Shown here: positions 37,463 through 49,768 of the stretch, piece after piece
Position numbering within the stretch: position 1 is the stretch's first letter
How the letters are laid out: each line of letters opens with the position of its first letter
Assembly (NCBI RefSeq): GCF_000143415.4
Contig: NW_003314274.1
Coordinates: 62,001 to 126,000 of the forward strand
From: Selaginella moellendorffii
Taxonomy: Eukaryota > Plantae > Lycopodiophyta
DNA length: 64,000 bases
Direction of reading: 5' to 3'
Program-made: the position numbers and the translations under genes
Notes under the pieces: generated by a model
Told to the model about the DNA's origin: nothing
Databases searched by the model: none
Seen by the model: only the letters and a program-made list of their open reading frames with translations

Positions 37463-39940
37463 TCACTTGAGAAGATTCACCAGCCGGCTTAGAGCGAACA
37501 AAGTCGTGCAGAGGCTGAGAAGGAACCCGGCGATGAGAATCCAATCCAGGGAGTAAAGTCTGGTGGCACGACTCGATGACTTTCCGGCCGCCGTGACAAC
37601 CAAGGTCGATCTTTTGTCCTCAAATCTGTGTCTTAGTCCTCCGTTATCTTGCGTGCTCCTGTACTCTTCCTCCTCTCGGTCATCTCCGGCGTGAGATTTG
37701 CACGAACAGTCATCGCAGCACGGAGCTGTTCGTGTTGTTGTTACAGCATCGCAATCCCCTTGACAAGCGCTCGCACAAACTTGCTCGCCACGGCCAGCTC
37801 GGATATCGCGATCGAAGGACGAGCCTTCTTCAGGAGCACGGCTGTGGTGATCACCATCGCACAGTGAGGATGGATACGGCTCAGCTTTCACGGACCACCT
37901 CCCGACACTCGTGATCTTGCAGTTGACGTTGGAGCCCAGAAGGCCAGGGAGAGACGGAAGGAGCACTTGCACGTAGCTTTTAGTATGACCAACCTGCAAA
38001 TCAAGGCTCACTTCAGTGCTAAGCGAATCAACAAAGGAAACAAAACTATAAAAAAGAACCCGAGCTTTGAAAGCTTACGAGGTGGATTCCGTCTGCTGCC
38101 GTATCGGTCACCCATACTCTGTACACTTTGCCCTCCATGTCCGAATACGGCGTGAAGGATTCAAACAAGCTCGTCAGCAGCCGGCTTCTTTTCTTAACTT
38201 CGGCTGTTGGAACACGCTTCATTCGAGCCGCTGGAGTCCCTGCCATCAGTCGATACATTATTGCGGGAATTATTGAAGCGCTAGAACGTCACACCTGGCC
38301 GAGGATAAAACTGAGATATGTGAACTTGCGGGAACTTGTAGTGTTCTATCAACTCCATAGTCTTGTCAAACTCGTCGGACGTCTCTCCTAGCAGTGGCGC
38401 GTCAAGTATTTTGAGTCGTGACGAGAAGAGGATCATTATTTCTTACCTGGAAACCCGCATATTATATCCGTCGCAATATGAATGTCAGGAACGAGCTCGA
38501 TGAGAGTATCAGCAACTTGTTTGAATTCGGCAACAGTGTACTCCCGCTTCATTGCCTGCAATCATCATGAATTCATGCTTGCTTGCCAAACTTTGTGACG
38601 CAGAAGAAGAATAATTGCTTCTCACCTCCAAGACGGAGTCGCTTCCGGACTGCACGGGAACATGAAGGAACGAATAAACGCAAGGGTGACGAAGAATTTC
38701 AGCAATCTCCTTGAGATGCTGCAGTATATATGGTGGATTTGTCATGCCAATCCGCAGCATCACGCTTCTATCTCGAGGAAGCTCTGCCACTAGCGCGCGA
38801 AGAAGTGTTGGAATATCACTCCCTATATCACGCCCTGCACCGACGCAAAGTTAGATTCGTCCTTAGAAACCAATAGAGAAAGTACCATAAGCTCCAGTAT
38901 CCTCGCTACTTAGCCAAATCTCTGTTACACCCTCGGACACAACCCCTTGCAGCCTCTTCACCTTTTCTTCGCAAAAAGAAAAGTTATAGAAAGTTTAAAA
39001 CACAAGAATGAAAGAAAAGAAAAGCTAGCATTTACCAGAGCCTCGATCTTATAGCTGCCAAGATGACCCCGTGCGTGTTTCGTCTTGCAATACGTACACG
39101 AGCCCAGGCAGCCCACGTTGATTGGAATAATCTCCACAAACTTGTTCTTACGGACCTGGATGGGCAGGAAAATCCACCTCTTTACGGGTTATCCTGAAAC
39201 CTCATGGCAAACCTTGGGTAAATCAAGCGATGGAAGTGTACTCCGCCTGAGCAGCTTGACTTCGTGACCTTTGAGAGTCTCTTCCACCACCTCCACAACA
39301 CGCTGTATTTGCTGCACTCCTACAACGCTCACGCCTTCCAAGTCTTTCAGATCCTTGCTTCCCTGAGGAACGCACCCGGCAATCACCAAGGGAATCGTTT
39401 GAGCCTTTCCTTTGCGTATCAGTGTTTCCATTGCAGACTGACTGGGTGCCTTCACTGTGCATCTGTACAAAAAGCGTCCTTTACAATCGTCTCCGCAAGT
39501 AAAAGAGGAAGAAGAAGACGAAGAAAAGAGAGATTCACGGACTTACGTATTGATCAGCCAAAGGTCGGCCTCGTCAGGATCTTCGGATATCTTATAGCCG
39601 TAAGCGAGAAGTTGCCCGGCCATGTACTCACTGTCACTCTGAAAAGAAATCCATTTCAAGGGCGAAAAGAAAAGAATTTTGGAGCAGCCCAGTACCTGGT
39701 TGTGTGCGCAGCCAAATGTTTTCAGGAAAATTGTCTACACGCAAACACACATTTTCAAACACGAGCTAAAATTCGAGGACACCATACCTGCGTTCCGGGA
39801 ATTTGTTTCGCTTGCTTTGATTCATCCGAGGAAGGATTTCGCCGCTTAGATCGCAACTTCACCTCGATCACTGGACGATCGTGATGAGTCGAGCGATTGC
39901 CCAGCACTAGATCCTCCATGTCCCCCACATCGCCTTCCAT
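37463..39940 (-). CDS. CDKAL1: Threonylcarbamoyladenosine tRNA methylthiotransferase (CDKAL1/e-MtaB), multi-exon
   Basis: [13 protein letters not shown], radical-SAM [29 protein letters not shown], a TRAM region and a C-terminal TM helix. Confidence 0.92.
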
Positions 39941-39983
39941 CTCGCCCAAATTCGCCCTAACCCTAAAACCCCCTTAAACCCTA

Positions 39984-42156
39984 ATGGAGGAGGACAAGAA
40001 TTTGCGAGCGCGCCTCGGGGACGATGGACTCACCGTGATCAATGCGGCCGAGAAAGGGCGATGCCTCGTCGCGGATCGCGATTTCTATGCGGGTAATCGC
40101 TAGGATTTTGCGGCATTTGTGATGTGAAAGCGTGGATCTCTTTCTATCCAGGCCAGACAGTGCTGGAGCAAGATCCTTACGTCGCTGTGCTCGACGGCGA
40201 TTCCAGAGGCAACAGATGCGATGCATGTTTCAAGCAATCTCCAGCGCTGAGGCGCTGCTCGGCTTGCAAATTCGTGTTTTATTGCTCTCCTACTTGCCAG
40301 GTACTCTGTGTGACGTGATAGAATAGTTTTTACGTTCTATTCCTTAGAGATCGCAATGGAAGATCCATCAGGAAGAATGTAAGGTTTTGGTTCGGTTGAG
40401 CACGGAACAAAAGCGGCCTACCTTGCTGCTAATGCTTCGTCTTCTCGTCAAACGAGAACTCCAAGCTACTGGTGTACGTATTTTTCTCGTTTCTTTTTTA
40501 TCACAGTAGCAGTCACAAGTTCGCTTTGTTTTGTTCCAGGTTCTTCCAGTTACTGCTCTGGATAACTATGAGATTGTCCGGGCTTTGCCAACTCGTATCC
40601 AGATTTTCTTCTACGTTTCGTTCACTGCCTTCTTTTTGCTCGTCCTTGACTAACTTCAGATTTTTCCGAGACTGGAGATGAGAGGCTCGTTATGTACGCT
40701 CAAATGGCTGTCCTGATAAAGACTATCTTGAATGCCAGATATGCTGAGGATGTGAAGGAGATCACGAAGGATATTTGCAGAGTTCGTCGCTTTCAAGTGT
40801 TTTGCTACTAAGATGCGGTTTTGTCTGCAGATTTCATGCAATGGTCATACGATTTGCGACGATGAGCTGCGTCCTGTTGGCATTGGACTTTTTCCTGTGG
40901 TGTCTATAATCAATCACAGGTGCGTTTGACACATTTTAGCTGACTTGAATGCTCACATTTGTGCTCTTTTTAGCTGCTCTTCAAATTCTTTGCTCTTGTT
41001 TGATGGCAAACACGCGGTCGTCAGAGCTCTCGGAACCATCAGCAGAGGTTGTGAGGTTTGGTCTTCTGAATGCTCTGCTCAATTCATACTAACATTAGAG
41101 TTGGACAGGTGACTGTGAGCTACATTGAACTGGGAGCGAGTACAAATTCCCGTCGAGAAGCTCTTTCTGACCAATACTATTTTCATTGCAAGTGTCCGAG
41201 ATGTACCGATGTAAGTCCGCAAGCTCGTGCATCTTTTATGCTCGCGTTTTCTTGATAGACTTATCCAGGACTCCGAAGCTGGCCTTTACAAAGACGACGT
41301 GCTCGAAGCCGTGGCTTGTCTGGATCCAGCCTGCGAAAGCTTTATGCGTCTCTCCAATGGTATGTGCTTCGAGATTTCCAGGATTAACTTTCTAAAGTAC
41401 TGTAGGTTCGTGGAGATGCATGTCGTGTGGTTCTAGTCGAGAGCCAAATGAAGTGAACAAACTTTCAACCGAAGCAGAGGGTATGATTGAGAAGGCTAAC
41501 CGTCTCCAAGCCGCTGGCGGTATGCTTGTATCGTTTTCAAGTTGGTTTTATAATTTCTGTTTCTCGCATTTAGATCTTCATGGCGCGAGGATGGCCTTTC
41601 AACAGGCAGAGAAGTTACAGACAGAGTTGTGGAATCCTCGATCAGTGAAACTGATGAGAACACGCGACCTGCTGCTTAGGGTATGATCGAAACATACTTT
41701 GTTCTTGACCTGCCTAATCTTTTCATTGTTTGTGTATTGGATGAAGGTATATCTCTCTCTGGAAGATTGGGACTTGGCACTACATGTTTGCCGGCTTACT
41801 CTTCCTGCTTATGAGAGTAAGCTAGTCTCATATCCTTCATAAGCATTAAAATTCTCTTTTCCAGCGGCATATCCTGGAAGCAAACATCCATTGCTTGGGC
41901 TGCAATACTACACACTTGGGAAGCTTGAAATGTAGATCTCGAGCCGACGTATGATTTCTAAACATCGGTGATGTGTGTTTCCAGGCACGCTGGCAGTGTC
42001 ACAGAAGCCGTGAGAGCTTACGCAAAAGCTTTCGATATCCTTAGCGTCACTCATGGCTCCAGAGGCGAGTTTGTAAGAAAGCTGCGCAATGAATTAGACC
42101 AAGCGAAGATGGTGGCCTCGTCACTGCATGCTACTTCACCTCGGGAACGATCCTGA
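39984..42156 (+). CDS. ASHR1: SET-MYND histone lysine methyltransferase, ASHR1/SMYD-like, multi-exon
   Basis: EKGRCLVADRDF, MYND (RCDACF..RRCSAC..YCSPTCQ), IINHSC, VSYIELG, post-SET YYFHCKCPRC and TPR-like HPLLGLQYYTLGKLE. Confidence 0.88.
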
Positions 42157-42289
42157 CGATGATTTCCTCAACACATTGGTATAAGTGCGTTATGCCCGAA
42201 GGCTTTTGGAAGTGATCCCAACGATGGAGTCACTGGACTGGAAACGTCCATCAGGAGAATGTAAGTAGCTGAGCTCTAGTGATTCTGTT

Positions 42290-43680
42290 TTAATGCCACT
42301 TCAGATAATAAGGAAGTTTGATATATCTTTTAATGGATAAGTTGCTGATGTTATGATATTAGAAGTCATTTTTGTATAAGGAAATAATCATTGCTTGAGA
42401 AGTTCATCATTAAGAGATATATAAACATCTAAAAGTGGTGTTTAGTATTGTAAGGACTTTAGATTAGGCCTACAGATAATAAGGGCTAAATAATGTTCAA
42501 AGTGGCAAGTGTCACAAAAACTATTGTCATTGGAGAGGGATTGTAAGTGACTAGTGATTATTTGTAAACTACTTAGTTTAAAGAAAATGACTTGAAAGAT
42601 GGGTTCAAATATAAAAGGGAAAACCCGATGAAGAAAAATATACTCTCTTTTCTAATTGATTAAAGGTTTTGAAATATTTAAAGTTAAATAATCCTTGGGT
42701 TTGAATACTATACAACTATACCATATGTTGATTGACATTCGACAAGTCTAATTTACTCAGGCTAAGGGTAAGGTGTCAAAAGAGTAAAGATCTTAAGAGA
42801 GTTATAACTCTTAACTCCCTTTCATGAGTGCATAAACTTGTAGAAAAGTATAATAAATTATAAATAATCAAAGAAAACAACTTGAAAGGGTAAGTTTAAA
42901 GCAAATATAAAAAGAAAGATAAAATTTCACCCTTTAATAAACTTGAGGGAAGTGTGATGGATTATAAATAATTAAAGAAAAAAACTTGAAAGGTAAATTT
43001 AGAATAAATATATAAAGAAAGATAAGATTGCACACTTTTTTTAAATGATTAAAGATTTTGGGATATTTTGTAGCGCATGTGATCATGGGATGAAATTTAG
43101 ATATACTATCACCGTGGATCCTTGGAACCTTGGGGGATAAATGGGGATAAAATAGCCACTAAGGGCTCTCTCATCAAGCAATTGCCCCTTTTCTAGTTGG
43201 TTTAAGAGGAGAAAGATAAAATGCGCTACATATTTAGAATTAAACATTTAATTTTCTCTAATTGGGCTCAACTTGAGAGGTAAGGTGTCAAAAAAATGAG
43301 GCTGTTGGGAGAGTTATGGCCCTCAACTCTCTTTCATGAAGGCATAAATTTATAAAAAAATGTGGTAGATTGTAAACAATTAAAAAATAACTCGAAAAGG
43401 TAAATTTAAAGCAAACATGTGCACCCTCTTTTGGACATGATAATTAACTCCTTGATGATTTGTTATCTATAGTTGGGTACTATTGAAAATTAATCTTAAT
43501 ATAAAATTTAGTTAGCTTAGTTGCTAAATAACTTTGAGTGACTTTTGTTTAACTTTGTTAAATATTTACATGATAGTAAGTCAAATAAAATGTTTTCTCA
43601 ATAATAATAATATAAAAAATAAAAAATAACGCATTGGCAATTACCCCATCCAATAACTACCATTGGCTGGATCTAACAGC
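42290..43680. mobile_element. AT-rich repeat/transposon remnant left of the CR-kinase gene
   Basis: No ORFs; diverged direct repeats at ~42765-42905 and ~43279-43416; inverted homology to 12960-13035. Confidence 0.5.
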
Positions 43681-43719
43681 CTAAAAAATTCAACAATTAT
43701 TATCACAAACACAAAATAG

Positions 43720-45638
43720 TCACATCATTTTGTATATCCTTTCAAGTTCTCGGCGAGCATCATCTAAAGTGCCTCTAGCTGCTGGGTCAGTCTGCATCAA
43801 TATTCGCGACAAGGTGTCCAAATCAGGTCGAATGAAATGTTCACTCTGCCACGACCTGATCAAATATCCCAGTGACCATATATCCACTTCTTTACCATGT
43901 TCCCCGCTTCCTAAAGAAAGCTCAGGCGCATGACTAGCCGCAGCCAGGTGCTTTGGAGCTGACAATTGAGGAGACATAGCTGCATCATCAAGATCAATAA
44001 GCCACCATGTCCCTGCATGGAACAAACAAAATAAGGCAATTAGACCACCAGTAGACAACAGCCACCACCTGTATCAAAGCTCCGACGAATGTTCGGCCAC
44101 CTCACATCCCTGTGCATCCATCCAAGCTTATGTAGGTGTTCCAAGGCTTTAATCGTGTCCAGCAGGGCCTCAACGAGCTCAGGCCCGTTTCTCGGCTTAG
44201 CTGCATAGCTCAACCGAGGATAAAAGAGGTGAGAGCCTTTCTTTTTCCCAGGAACGGGCTCTTGATGTCCAATGAGTCTTTCTATATTCGCACCACGTAG
44301 CAGATATTCGTGTTGAGAATCCAGTAAGATTCCAGCCTCTGGAATTACTATCTCATTCACCAAGCCAATTGCCTCGTAGATTTCTTGGACGTTCCTCCAA
44401 GCCTACAAAAACAATGTAACTTCAGTAAGCCATTCGAGCTTGAGCGCACATACCTCCTCAGAATCGTACGTCTTTTTTACAGGCTTAAAGCCATTGAGTC
44501 GAACCATCTTGCGTGGGCTTTCGAAGACAACGATGTCTCGCTCAACACCAAGTTCCCTGCAAATCCGGCCCAACACTGGTATGATGCGAACAATGTTGAA
44601 CAGACATATCAGTATCTCTGGAAGGCTGCCCTTAGTGTCTCTTTTGAAGTGTAGAAGTTGTTGGGCGCGTGACTTCCCGATTTTATAGACTCCAGTCGAG
44701 TCCTCGTGTAGAGCCACAACAAATACTTCTGGACCTACTGCAGCGTACCCCAGTATATATTCCAGCCCATAAAACATCCACACCGGCTTGGTTTCTAGCT
44801 CGACCAGAGGAGACTTTGCCTTTTCAATGCCCGCCAGAAGTGTTCCAGCCCATCTCTTCTCTTCTCCCCTGAACACCCCGATCAATTCTGGCAGCACGTA
44901 CAAAACGCTATGTGGCCTCTTGGTCCCTGTAGATGTATAGTAGGACGTGTCCCTGCCTGTAACTACCGGACAGTCGTCAGGCAGGCAAAAGAAGATGGTC
45001 TCCATAAACCAGGAGTCCCAATGCGATATCCACGCATTTTCCGTCCAGTCTATCTTCTCCGGCTTATCATAGAGGTCCAAAAGCAAGTCGATTTGCCTGG
45101 AGATCATCTGGCAGTGATAACCGGGTTCTCCACAAGTAAAAGCTCTCCGATACTCGGACTCGGTGGCTGCCAGCCTAGTAAAAGTCCACGGCGCCAGCGG
45201 TATGCTTAAACCGTCAGGAACGATCTGCAAGAACCTGGCAAGTGACTGACGAGAAGGCAGTGTTTCCAGTCTGTACGAATGTAAGATTCGTTTCCATGGG
45301 TCCTCGGGATTAAAAGCTGCCAAATAAACGACTTAGTAAGCCTGACGTTGAATAAAATCAGACTTACACTTGCGCAACTTCTGCAACAACAGGTCCGTCC
45401 CTGCTCTGAGCTCGCTTTCCCTTTCCAACAACAGGTCCTTCTCTGCTTTGAGCTCGCTTTCTCTACGCTTCCAATCCTCCTCCTTCTTCTTCCAGTCTTC
45501 CTTTTCTGCACTGAGCAGTGCGACCTTCACTTTCAACTCGATACACTCTGCAACATCATAAACTATGACTCAAAAGAAAAAGGAAAAGGAAAGAAGCGTA
45601 CCTTCCTCGATATCCTTGCCATGCTCTGTGAAAACCAT
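43720..45638 (-). CDS. Crinkler-like protein: coiled-coil header + REase-like domain + C-terminal protein kinase (5 exons)
   Basis: ATG at 45638; ~50-bp introns (45601-45548, ~45367-45320, 44453-44403, ~44068-44013) give a continuous frame. The header is KEDWKKKEEDWKRRESELKAEK. The REase-like part is WTENAW..KRPHSVLY..FRGEEK..YILGYAA. Kinase motifs are VKK, HRDVRWPNI, LIDLDDA, APEL and DIWSLG. Confidence 0.75.
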
Positions 45639-45699
45639 GAGCTACTAAGCTACTACATCTGAAACGAACAATAAGCTTGCCTTCCTGGCGCACCCGCTT

Positions 45700-46640
45700 C
45701 ATCGTCCGCAAACCCTAATTATTGAACTGCACAAACCTAAGAAGAATTGATGCGCCCAGCTGCATGCTCCCATGAGCTTTTCCTTATCGCCCAATTCTTC
45801 ATGGACAAAAAGAATTTCAGCGTCCCGGTAGGTAAAAATACAAACATTCCGATAAACCTCCTGAATACTTTTGTGACCAAATGGTTCAGTAGATGCCCCT
45901 AGACATCTGCTTTTCCCAACGTTGTGGTAGAAGGCCATCTTTTTCATCGCAGATCTTGTAAAAAACCACGGCTAAAAGTTATTTCCATATGCTTCCTGTT
46001 TGTATTGAGCAAGTTAATCTCCCCAAAATAGCCGCTAAAAAAAATACGACTTCGTATCTGGAGGTCCAATGTGAAGAATATCAGCACCAACCTAAATGTG
46101 CTGCATCAATAAATCCTCGAAGCCTGGAGCAACTCGCATCCAACATCAATCGCAGCTGGTGACCAGCTGTTTCTCCGTCCATCCGTAATCATATAATAAT
46201 CTGGCTATCTCAGCTGGTAGCTTGCACAGCTTTGAGTGTAACTGTTCCTTGTCAACTCCCGAGCAAACACATATGTGCAATACCACTGTGTAAAGTGTTG
46301 GTGCTCCTGTGCTTTCCGCCATCCCAATTGACGTAATGGCTTGTCTGGTGGTTGACCTTGTTGCATTGTGCTACATTTACGTTGGAGTGCTACTGTAAGC
46401 CTTTTGTAAGTCTTTTACACGCTGCCAAAGAAGTGCATTTGTCTTCTTAAGCAGCTTTAAAGCAATTGTTTGTAGAGTATTGTACACTGAGTCATGGAGA
46501 ATATCAAATCCCTGTTGCTCAAAAATCTTCATCACCAGTGATTTCCCTAGAGCACCAAATTCGTTGGCTCCAGCAATGTTGGCCTCTCTTACATAGTGAA
46601 GCCCTTTCGAAACAATTAGCATGGTTTGTTCTTTATCAAG
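45700..46640 (-). pseudogene. Unidentified degenerate coding-like sequence
   Basis: Moderate-GC stretch with broken minus-strand ORFs and no recognisable motif. Confidence 0.25.
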
Positions 46641-46699
46641 ATCTCATGTCTTTTTCCATACACTTTCATACATGTTGCTTTTGTTTTTATTGGAAACCA

Positions 46700-47660
46700 A
46701 ACATCTCCAACAAATTATTGCACCATAATATAGTCAACGTGATTATAGTAATTCATTTTTACTACCATGATGGTAGAAAACTAGTTCTTTTATCAATCTC
46801 TGCCCAAATTAATTGAAAATTTAATTTTCCCTTGTGCATTTAACCAAAAGAGTATAAAGATGGAATTTGAATTTCTAAGTGTTATTAATGAAACATACTT
46901 GACTTGGTTAGAGAAATTCATTTATTAGCTTGTAATAACTAATGTTGGGAACATTTTCAATAGTTATTTCATATTCATTTAGTGATCACTTACTATATCT
47001 ATTAAAACACTATTACTATCATTCTTTTTATGTATTGATTCAATCTTAAAATGCCTTTTAATATCCCTTCTTTAATTTTTATTAAATCTTTATAAAATAT
47101 AAATTTATAAGTCCCAAAATTAAGTTGAAAATGTATTATATAGCAATAGTTGAAATGAAAGTTGAACAAGTATAACATATTTAAACTAATTTTTTATTAT
47201 ATTTTAGTCAAATAAATACACATTTGACTAATTTAAAAAGTCTCACTCATAATCTCCATAGTTACTTTATAAATCATTTATCAATCTCTTCATGATTATT
47301 CCTTGAGCACTTCCTTAAGTGTTTATTTTCATTCTCAACCTTTTAAATTTAAATTTTTAGTCAAAACACTACTACATGACACATTTTTAACCCATATGGG
47401 ATTTACTATGTCTTATATATATATTAAATTATTTGGACATGTAAGTTTTATTGTAATTATTATATTATTATTTTAAATACTACATAAATTACAATTTATA
47501 ATTAAAATTAATAAAAAATAAGTAGATAATTCCTAGTTTTAATATAATTATTTAACTTCACATTAGTGTAGCTTGATGTCCACATCAAGAGAACATAAAT
47601 TATACTTCATTTTAGTGGCTTTTTATCTGGTGCACAGGTAAATTTAAATAGTAATTGCTC
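46700..47660. repeat. AT-rich non-coding block right of the CR-kinase gene
   Basis: Very AT-rich, no long ORFs. It contains tttagtggctttttatct (47611), which resembles 12963 tttagtggctattttatct. Confidence 0.4.
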
Positions 47661-47764
47661 AACCTTCCACTCAACTGTGTCTCTAAGGTCCTGGCAACAA
47701 GATTATGAATCGTCCTTGACGATCGTCTATTGTCTGCTGTTCACAAAAGCGGGTCGTTCTAAAC

Positions 47765-47801
47765 TGCTCACAGTGAGGATCGAACTTACGACCTCTCGCT
47801 T
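47765..47801 (-). pseudogene. tRNA 3'-half fragment (tRNA-Thr-like)
   Basis: Minus strand reads AAGCGAGAGGTCGTAAGTTCGATCCTCACTGTGAGCA, i.e. anticodon 3' stem, variable loop, T-arm with GTTCGA and acceptor 3' strand. The 5' half is absent. Confidence 0.6.
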
Positions 47802-47888
47802 AAGCAAAACCAAACCCTTTTTAATCAAAAGGGAAACAAATCTATTTATAAAGGGTGTTCCCTAAAAGTTACCGCAAAGTAGTACCAG

Positions 47889-49693
47889 ATGGGTAGCGTT
47901 CCGGGAGTGGCGATCCTCGGCGCTGGGATCTTCACGACCAGTCAGTACCTCCCTATCCTCTCCAAGCAAAGCTCCACTGCGCCCATCCTCAAAGCCATTT
48001 GGAGCCGATCCAAGGTAGAGCTTCTCCACTTTTCTTCGATCCTTAGGGAAAGTCACTGGTTTGATCGATCCACAGGACGCTGCCGAGAACGCTGCCTCTT
48101 TAGTCGCAAAGTTCTTCCCAGATGTGGTAGCAAAGTGGGGAGAGGACGGCTTGATCCAAATTCTAGAGGACAGTAGCATCCATGCAGTTGCGATTGTTCT
48201 CCCAGCGCAAGTCCAGGTTTTTAAACTCTACTCGATCTCTTTGGTCCTCATTCTTCTCTTTTGTTCTTCTCGCCTTTTCCACAGCTGGAGTATGTCCAGA
48301 GAGCTCTCAAGTCGGGTAAACATGTTCTTCAAGGTACTAGCGTTTTTTTTTTCTCTCTTGCTACTCTTTCTAGCGCTGATCGTGATTGAAATATGCGAAA
48401 TCGACATCAAAGAGAAGCCCATTGGACCCAGTACGTGATTATAATGTTGTTTGTGAGAAACACTCGTAACTCCATTATTCTTTGTACATGCAGCTCTCTC
48501 GGATGTGCGTGACGTTTTATCGTATCACAGTGGCATGGGCTCGCAAGCTCCGGTTTGGGCTGTTGCTGAAAACTATCGCTTTGAACCCGGTTTGATCGAG
48601 GTATAAGTTCTTTCCTACTCTCTTCTTTCTGTCCTTTAATTTTTCCTATTTTTTCCTTTTTCTTTTTTCTCTTTTTCAGGCTGCGAGGCTAGTCAAGAGC
48701 ATTGGCGACATGATGTCTTTTGAAGTCATAGTAGAGCTGCCGATGAACAGCTCCAACCCATACTATTCGAGTGCCTGGCGACGAGATGTTGGTTTCAAGG
48801 CATGGAGTTTTTCCTCTTTCATTTCTTTAGAAGTAGCTCAAACTTTCACTTGGCAGGGTGGCTTTGTTCTCGACGGTGGCGTTCATTTTGTTGCGGGGCT
48901 GCGCCTGGTAACATCTTTCTATTTCCTTTTGAACTTTGGCTGCTAAAACTCTCCCATATAGATCACAGGTTGTGAAGTGACTCAAGTATCAGCGATTGCT
49001 CGCCACGTTGATCCACTGCTGCCTTCCCCGGACAACGTATCTGCTCTACTGTACGCCTGTTTTTCTTAAAGTTCGCTCATCTTGAATCACTCTCTCTGTT
49101 TTTTTTTTTTTTTCTTTGCAGGCAGCTCGAGAATGAGTGTGCTGGTGTTCTTGTTATGTCATACTCTTGCACAGCGAGAAAGGTAAATATTCTTTTAGAG
49201 CAATGCTGAGATTCTTGGTCTTTTTACTACCCAAAGGTAAGCTGGCGAGTTTTGGGATCCAAAGGAACTGTAGAAGCTGTTCGTGATCAGAAAGATGGCA
49301 GTCATGGTTACCTGGTTGGTTTTCATTTCCTTCTTCCAAGGGTCTTGCGTGTTTCAAAATTCACGAGCAAACTCTCTTGTTTCGCAGGTAACATTCTATC
49401 CTCTGGGAGGAACCGTGCTTAGCAAGTTCTTTCCGTTTTCTGGAGTGGAGAACGAACTTAAGGCGTTCGTAGGAGACGTGTCCCAGATTGTTTATGAGGT
49501 AAATGGTTAAGTTTCTCAAGCTTTCTAAGTTTGCAGCTGGTGTTTTTTACCAGGGAAAAACTGCGGAGGATGCTGATAAACGCAGCAATGTTATTGAAGC
49601 TTATCACGACGTTGCTGTGATTGAGGCCATGCTCAAATCGAGCAACAACAAAGGATTTCCAGTCCACGTTGATAGATACGAGAAGGAGATATG
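47889..49693 (+). CDS. Gfo/Idh/MocA-family NAD(P)-dependent oxidoreductase, multi-exon
   Basis: VAILGAGIF Rossmann motif, GKHVLQEKPI, VAENYRFEPG and GGFVLDGGVHFVAGLR. Confidence 0.9.
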
Positions 49694-49768
49694 AAATGCT
49701 CTTCATTTTTCTTTCCAAAGGGTACACAGATCGAGTGAAAAAATCACACTAGAATATAAAATCATCAC

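Noticed and set aside
42185-42270. Short similarity to ASHR1 exon pieces (ccatcaggagaatgtaag) after its stop
   Set aside because: Too short to distinguish a duplication remnant from chance by eye.
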